This document shows positions 36,697 through 41,634 of a DNA stretch of 41,634 nucleotides, in pieces; positions within the stretch are counted from its first letter, which is position 1, and each line of letters opens with the position of its first letter. The position numbers were made by a program, and so were the translations under genes. The notes under the pieces were generated by a model. It was given only the letters and a program-made list of their open reading frames with translations, was not told the DNA's origin and ran no database searches. The stretch lies in assembly GCA_964385185.1 (NCBI GenBank), contig CAYLOA010000007.1:1-41634 (forward strand), given 5' to 3'. The stretch comes from an uncultured Methanosarcinales archaeon (GTDB lineage: Archaea > Nanobdellota > Nanobdellia > Woesearchaeales > CALCXY01).

Positions 36697-38681
36697 TGGA
36701 TGTAAATAATGTAAACATAGTAACGATCTCTTTCATAGCAGCAGCAATAAAGCTTCTCATCGCAGGCTACATCTACTCAAAGAATAGAAAAGCACATATT
36801 AATATCTTATTCGCATTAATCTTCCTCTTCCAAGGAATTTGGGATTTAGGAAAAGGATTCATGTGGATAACACAAACGAAAGACTTAGCATTCATGTTCG
36901 GAAAAATATCCTACGCTGGCTACATAATATCCATATTCATGTTTGCGCATTTCAGTTGGAAATACCTCAATAGAAAAAACATCTTTTCAAAGTCAAAACT
37001 CTCTACATTTATCTATTACACCCCTATGATCGTTCTCTTAGTTGCTCTATTCGCTTCAGACCTACTTCTAGCAGATCTTCTAGCTCCTGGTGCTATGCAT
37101 ATAGGATTTAACCTAGAACTATGGATGTACTCTTACGGAATATTCTATAATTATTTTTTTGTAGTCTTCCAAATACTCCCTTTCCTCTACGCATTTATTA
37201 TCTTCATAGCAAAATACGTAAAAACAAAAGACACAGACTTAAAAAAACGTCTGAGATACATCATAGCAGGAGTATCATTCCCCATTATCATTGGAATTCC
37301 AACAGGAGTAATCCTCCCACAACTAGGAATACGACTCCCTCCACATAACAACATCCTAACATTAATAATGTCAGTATTTATCGGAATTGGAATATTAAAG
37401 TACAAATTCCTCTCCATCACATCATCACTAGAAAAACCTTCAAAAAATATTTCATTCTCCACTGATATTAAAAATTCAAAATTTAACCACGGATCTTCAT
37501 ATTTAATAGAAAATCCAGATTCAAAGGATACAGCTTATCATTTCTTCCTATATAACCTATACCAAGGAAATCATGGTTTCATCTTAACAGCAACAAATCC
37601 AGAAGAAATCAGAAAGAAATACGGCCTCACTTCAACACCCATTGCATGGCTCACCGATACAGAGACAGATGAAACTTCATTTGGTCACCATGATATCGAA
37701 CAAATTCATGGCACGATTGAACAGTTTATGCAAGAAAATCCAAATTCATTTGTCATGCTTGATTCATTACCTACACTAATCAAACACAACAATTTCAGAA
37801 AAATTCAATACCTCATTAAGAGACTAAACATCTTAATTAAAAAACACTCAGGAGTCTTAATTGCTCCCTACGGTGACTTAAAGATTTCAAAGAAGGAACG
37901 TCTAGTCCTCGGTACAGAATTTACCTACAAGACTGCTAAAGGCCGTCTAGCTTCCTTAACTGGATCCATGATTGACCTCTACAAACAATCAGCAGGGAAA
38001 GAAAAATTCATCATCCTAGGATACAATACAGTCACAAAATCATTATTAGAGGAATTCATAGCTAGGAAAACACCTTGCACTTTGGTTTCACCAAAGGAAA
38101 TTCAAATTCCCTATCCAAAGTTTGTCAAAATAATTAAGAAAGACCCCTTGATCAAAGAGGTAATGACTTCATTAAACATAGACGCCAGCAATGTAAATAT
38201 CTTAATAACCTATGCATCTGACGCACACTCAATTCTAGCAGTAAACCTCATTAGACACCTCACACAAAAGGCAAAAGTCCTCGTTGAAGTAAACAGAGAA
38301 AAGTATGTAGACATTGCAAGAAAGGCAGGAGCAAATGAAGTCGTAGCTTCTTCAGCTATTGGAGGAAAACTCTTAGCCATGTCACTCTCACATCCCTCTG
38401 TAGTGGAATGGTTCATGGATTCCTTAACACCAACCAACAAAAACCTAGAGGTGCAAGAATTATCAATTTCATCAAAATCACCTTTAATAGGAAAATCCAT
38501 CTTACAAGCAGATAAAATATTCCATAACTCCATGAATATCCTATCAGTCTCTAAACAAGGTAAATACGACCTCACCCATACAGACGATTACAAAATTCAA
38601 GTAGGAGATACCATTATCGTAATAGTTCACAAAATAAGACTAAACAAAGACAAGAAGTTGATGAAGTTCTTTAGGGTGTGA
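36696..38681 (+). CDS. 7TM sensor (HisKA_7TM-like) + DUF835-like + RCK fusion protein
   Basis: About 7 hydrophobic helices ending ILKYKFL; NPEEIRKKYGL..TPIAWLT and VMLDSLPTLIKHNNF; IILGYN...AGANEVV...GDTIIV; TAATG coupling to the channel gene. Confidence 0.75.
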   Translation: MDVNNVNIVTISFIAAAIKLLIAGYIYSKNRKAHINILFALIFLFQGIWDLGKGFMWITQTKDLAFMFGKISYAGYIISIFMFAHFSWKYLNRKNIFSKSKLSTFIYYTPMIVLLVALFASDLLLADLLAPGAMHIGFNLELWMYSYGIFYNYFFVVFQILPFLYAFIIFIAKYVKTKDTDLKKRLRYIIAGVSFPIIIGIPTGVILPQLGIRLPPHNNILTLIMSVFIGIGILKYKFLSITSSLEKPSKNISFSTDIKNSKFNHGSSYLIENPDSKDTAYHFFLYNLYQGNHGFILTATNPEEIRKKYGLTSTPIAWLTDTETDETSFGHHDIEQIHGTIEQFMQENPNSFVMLDSLPTLIKHNNFRKIQYLIKRLNILIKKHSGVLIAPYGDLKISKKERLVLGTEFTYKTAKGRLASLTGSMIDLYKQSAGKEKFIILGYNTVTKSLLEEFIARKTPCTLVSPKEIQIPYPKFVKIIKKDPLIKEVMTSLNIDASNVNILITYASDAHSILAVNLIRHLTQKAKVLVEVNREKYVDIARKAGANEVVASSAIGGKLLAMSLSHPSVVEWFMDSLTPTNKNLEVQELSISSKSPLIGKSILQADKIFHNSMNILSVSKQGKYDLTHTDDYKIQVGDTIIVIVHKIRLNKDKKLMKFFRV

Positions 38682-38689
38682 CTCATAAC

Positions 38690-39097
38690 CTAGCCTATCC
38701 TCTCACCTAATTCTTCAGCATCATAAACTTCAAGTTCATCTACAGCCTTTAATCGTTTCTCTTTCGACCATAACGGACAATTGAATTGTAATGCTAATGC
38801 AACATAAGCAGTATCTTTTACATGCTCACCAAGCAATTCATTCGCTTTCTTTAGCATATCTTTAAAATCTTCTTCAGGAACTATCTTAACATATTTCTTA
38901 TAGAGCGCTAGGAGAGTATCAAATTCTACTTTACTTAATTTAGATTTTTCTAAGAGCTCAACTCTATGATTTTCAATTTCAGTAAAAAGTCTTTCAGGTG
39001 CAACGGGTTTTATCTTTGGCGAAAATAATAATTCAGCAGTCTTTCCTTTTGCCAATAGTCCAGCACAAAGAACATTGGCATCAACTACAATAAACAT
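38690..39097 (-). CDS. PIN-domain (VapC-like) toxin
   Basis: IVVDANVL, EIE, DTAYVALAL, PLWS motifs. Confidence 0.85.
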   Translation of the reverse strand: MFIVVDANVLCAGLLAKGKTAELLFSPKIKPVAPERLFTEIENHRVELLEKSKLSKVEFDTLLALYKKYVKIVPEEDFKDMLKKANELLGEHVKDTAYVALALQFNCPLWSKEKRLKAVDELEVYDAEELGERIG

Positions 39098-39098
39098 C

Positions 39099-39341
39099 TT
39101 ATGCTATGTCATACTTCCCCTTATATTTTTGATGCATTGATCTGGTAATTTTATCTGCAATCTTATCACTATCAGCTTTATCCAATTTGCTTTTGGCAAC
39201 AATCTTCTTAAAAATCGTAAGATCTACTAACCTATCCTTTATAGCTTCTCTAGCTACCTCCGACCAATTAATGAATTTCGATGCATCCATATCTTTTTTC
39301 ATTTCCTCAGGAACTGATAGTGTTATTGTTGGCATATTCAT
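39099..39341 (-). CDS. Ribbon-helix-helix antitoxin
   Basis: MPTITLSVPEEMKKDM...INWSEVAREAI; directly upstream of the PIN gene. Confidence 0.85.
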   Translation of the reverse strand: MNMPTITLSVPEEMKKDMDASKFINWSEVAREAIKDRLVDLTIFKKIVAKSKLDKADSDKIADKITRSMHQKYKGKYDIA

Positions 39342-39398
39342 CCCTCCAAATATTTAGTTAATACACATAATTAAATATAATATATAAATCTTTCGGTT

Positions 39399-40157
39399 CT
39401 AGAGTTCTTCACACATCTCCCATAAAGCCCAAAACCATTTCTTATAGGAGTCAGCAAGCTTATTACTAATGAGCACAAACTGCACTAAGTCATCATCCAC
39501 CTTATATGGTCTGAGTCCGGTAAAAGTAACCACCCTATCTCCAAATATATCAATGGCACTTGGCGTAGAAAACTCCTTTGGCAAAAAGCGTGCCTGTTTC
39601 TTATGCACCTTTACAGGGCTTGCCCCTTTTTTCCTGATATCCTCTTTCATCTCCCAATCAAAGATATGGTATCCAGTAAGTTTCATCTTATTGAACTCTT
39701 TGTAAAAACGTTCACGGAAAGGTTCAAGCCTAGGATCATACCACCCAGCCTTAGCCCCAATAAAGTAAGCATCCTCGCCAACATCCAAAATATCTTGCAT
39801 ATAGTTTCTAAAACCTTGGATTCCTCGGTAGGTATATGCTTGCTCTTGCTGTTTCAAGGAAGCAAACATTTTCTGCATAGCAGGAAGTATCTTTTCCACT
39901 CTGCCTTCCTTCTCACGAACAATAGTCAGCAATCTGTCAGGGTTAGTTTCCTTAAACTGCTTCTCTCCTTTTATGATAAACTCTGCCACTAACCCTTTAT
40001 CCATCAGTTTACTTAGTGCATCATAGACATTACGACGGTGAACTTTACTTTTAACAGAAATAGCATGCACATTAACTTCCTCAAGTTGCAACATAGCCTC
40101 ATACACCCTAGCCTCATTTAGGCTCAGCCCAACCTCCCGCAGCACTTCTTCATACAT
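39399..40157 (-). CDS. TrmB family transcriptional regulator
   Basis: LREVGLSLNEARVY...VHRRNVYDALSKLMDKGLV; C-terminal PLD-like effector domain; ATG 40157 preferred. Confidence 0.88.
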   Translation of the reverse strand: MYEEVLREVGLSLNEARVYEAMLQLEEVNVHAISVKSKVHRRNVYDALSKLMDKGLVAEFIIKGEKQFKETNPDRLLTIVREKEGRVEKILPAMQKMFASLKQQEQAYTYRGIQGFRNYMQDILDVGEDAYFIGAKAGWYDPRLEPFRERFYKEFNKMKLTGYHIFDWEMKEDIRKKGASPVKVHKKQARFLPKEFSTPSAIDIFGDRVVTFTGLRPYKVDDDLVQFVLISNKLADSYKKWFWALWEMCEEL

Positions 40158-40199
40158 ACACTTCCTTCTCCCAACCAAGCATAAAAACCTTTCTATTTT

Positions 40200-40215
40200 G
40201 GTGGTATTCACCACC
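40200..40215. promoter_or_regulatory. Palindromic putative operator between divergent promoters
   Basis: GGTGGT-ATTC-ACCACC next to TTTATATA (40223). Confidence 0.5.
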
Positions 40216-40340
40216 CCTAACCTTTATATATACCCTATAATATACTATTGTTAAGTAATAACAAACTGAATATCACAAAATATTCTGTTTGTAATAATTC
40301 AATAAAATTAACAAATAGCGAAAGCTATGGGGGAAAGAAA

Positions 40341-40925
40341 ATGGAATGGATAACAATATCAAGAAAATATGAAATACGTCCACGGAGTTATTTAAGGCAT
40401 GCAAGTTTGAGAGAAGTAGAATTACCCGGAAGAGATCTTAGGAGTATTGATTGTGCTGGAGCAGATTTAAAAAATGCAAACTTTAATGATGCAAATTTAT
40501 CCTCTGCACACTTTTACAATGCACACCTTGAATCCACCAAGCTCAATAGAGCAAATTTAAAACGTGCAGATTTTGAAAAGGCAGATTTGACTTTTGCAGA
40601 GTTGAAGGAAGCAGATCTACGAGAAGCTTATTTTGCGGACGCTTGGCTTGATCGTACTAATCTTGAAGGATCAAATCTCGTAAAGGCATGTATGAATAGT
40701 GCAAAATGCGATGGTTCAATTTTTAAGAATGCAAATCTTGGTAGTGCAGATCTAAGAGACGCTAGTTTTGTGAATGCAGACATGGAAGGAGCCACTTTTT
40801 GGTTTGCAAATCTAGAGAATGCGGATTTTAGATACGCAAACATGTTAGAAACAGACCTTCAATTTGCAAATCTTAAAGGCATGATCATCGACGGTCCAAA
40901 TGGAGTCATCTATGAATTGCAATAA
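40341..40925 (+). CDS. Pentapeptide repeat protein
   Basis: Continuous A(D/N)(L/F)xx repeats; ATG 40341 after GGGG SD-like run. Confidence 0.92.
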   Translation: MEWITISRKYEIRPRSYLRHASLREVELPGRDLRSIDCAGADLKNANFNDANLSSAHFYNAHLESTKLNRANLKRADFEKADLTFAELKEADLREAYFADAWLDRTNLEGSNLVKACMNSAKCDGSIFKNANLGSADLRDASFVNADMEGATFWFANLENADFRYANMLETDLQFANLKGMIIDGPNGVIYELQ

Positions 40926-40984
40926 ACAATTTTCCTTTTTTATTTAGTTAGGTAACAATTTAAAAAAACTATGGAGAATAAAAA

Positions 40985-41527
40985 ATGTCATTAAGCAAAA
41001 AATTTGAACAAGAGTTTAAAGAGAAATTAGCAGCGGGCGGTTATGTCTATGAAACAAATGCTGCACTGAAATCAACGCACTATTTTGGAAGTATGGGTGG
41101 TCCAGTATGGTATCCTCAGGGAGTGATCTATAGAAAATCTCAAGCGAGAATCAAAGGAACTCCAACACTACGATTCTGCATCCCGAACCAACCAACATCA
41201 TTGCGTGATGCAGATGCTTTTCTTTATGCAGACAAGAGGCTAATTGAAACGCTTTTGCTTAATAGAATACAAAATTTTTGTGTTGCAAACAACACCTATC
41301 TGAGCTATGGGCTTATGGCAACACATGGAGGTTCAGTGATCAACGATGAAAGTCTAGAATTTGCTCTATCTCCAGAAGATGCAAGACGATATCAACATGT
41401 TCTTGCAATCCATGTAACTGCAGAGATATGGAAAAAACTGCAATCTCATGTAGACAGTCATGGACAGGAACGAAGAAGGGTGCGTTTCCCCTCAAGCTCA
41501 ACTGAGCATGTAGTAGAACTTATTTAA
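40985..41527 (+). CDS. Hypothetical protein
   Basis: 180-aa ORF with GGAG SD upstream; no confident family. Confidence 0.65.
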   Translation: MSLSKKFEQEFKEKLAAGGYVYETNAALKSTHYFGSMGGPVWYPQGVIYRKSQARIKGTPTLRFCIPNQPTSLRDADAFLYADKRLIETLLLNRIQNFCVANNTYLSYGLMATHGGSVINDESLEFALSPEDARRYQHVLAIHVTAEIWKKLQSHVDSHGQERRRVRFPSSSTEHVVELI

Positions 41528-41634
41528 TCAGTAAAGATTATTCCATCCTATGGGCAAAATCTAAGTTGAGGCTACCAAGTAAAAAGGAACGGCTCCCCAT
41601 CCATAGTCGTGGGGGGTGGTTTTAGAATGTAGGA

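Noticed and set aside
40985..41527. PD-(D/E)xK nuclease assignment
   Set aside because: N-terminus FEQEF...GY is suggestive, but catalytic PD and ExK residues are not evident

Overview
AT-rich archaeal chromosomal segment. The gene set (GatDE, Cdc6/Orc1, NreA, short AlaRS, TATA promoters, mostly leaderless genes) suggests a DPANN lineage, most likely Woesearchaeota (inferred). Housekeeping genes are gatD, gatE, cdc6, serS, rnhB, smc, cyclophilin, a DHH phosphoesterase, nreA, alaS and rsmI, plus tRNA-Ser(GCT), tRNA-iMet and an intron-containing tRNA-Gly(TCC). Accessory content includes two HTH-LAGLIDADG endonuclease genes whose 3' ends overlap essential genes, a Fic gene, a HEPN/DUF4145 protein, a PIN-RHH toxin-antitoxin pair and a large clan-CD peptidase protein. 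Five unexplained structures stand out. (1) A dispersed family of GC-rich intergenic hairpins with a C-TGT-G loop and compensatory base changes (9921, 17231, 31347). (2) A Fic gene with an N-terminal putative DNA-binding domain, bracketed by two identically built 46-bp sites, each with two TTAGGGCTTAC direct repeats 32 bp apart. (3) An MthK-like K+ channel translationally coupled to a 7TM-sensor/DUF835/RCK fusion behind a structured leader. (4) 116-bp tandem repeats of the tRNA-iMet 3' end. (5) A shared motif about 100 bp upstream of both LAGLIDADG genes that recurs in the tRNA-Gly intron. All family assignments are from motif recognition, not database searches.
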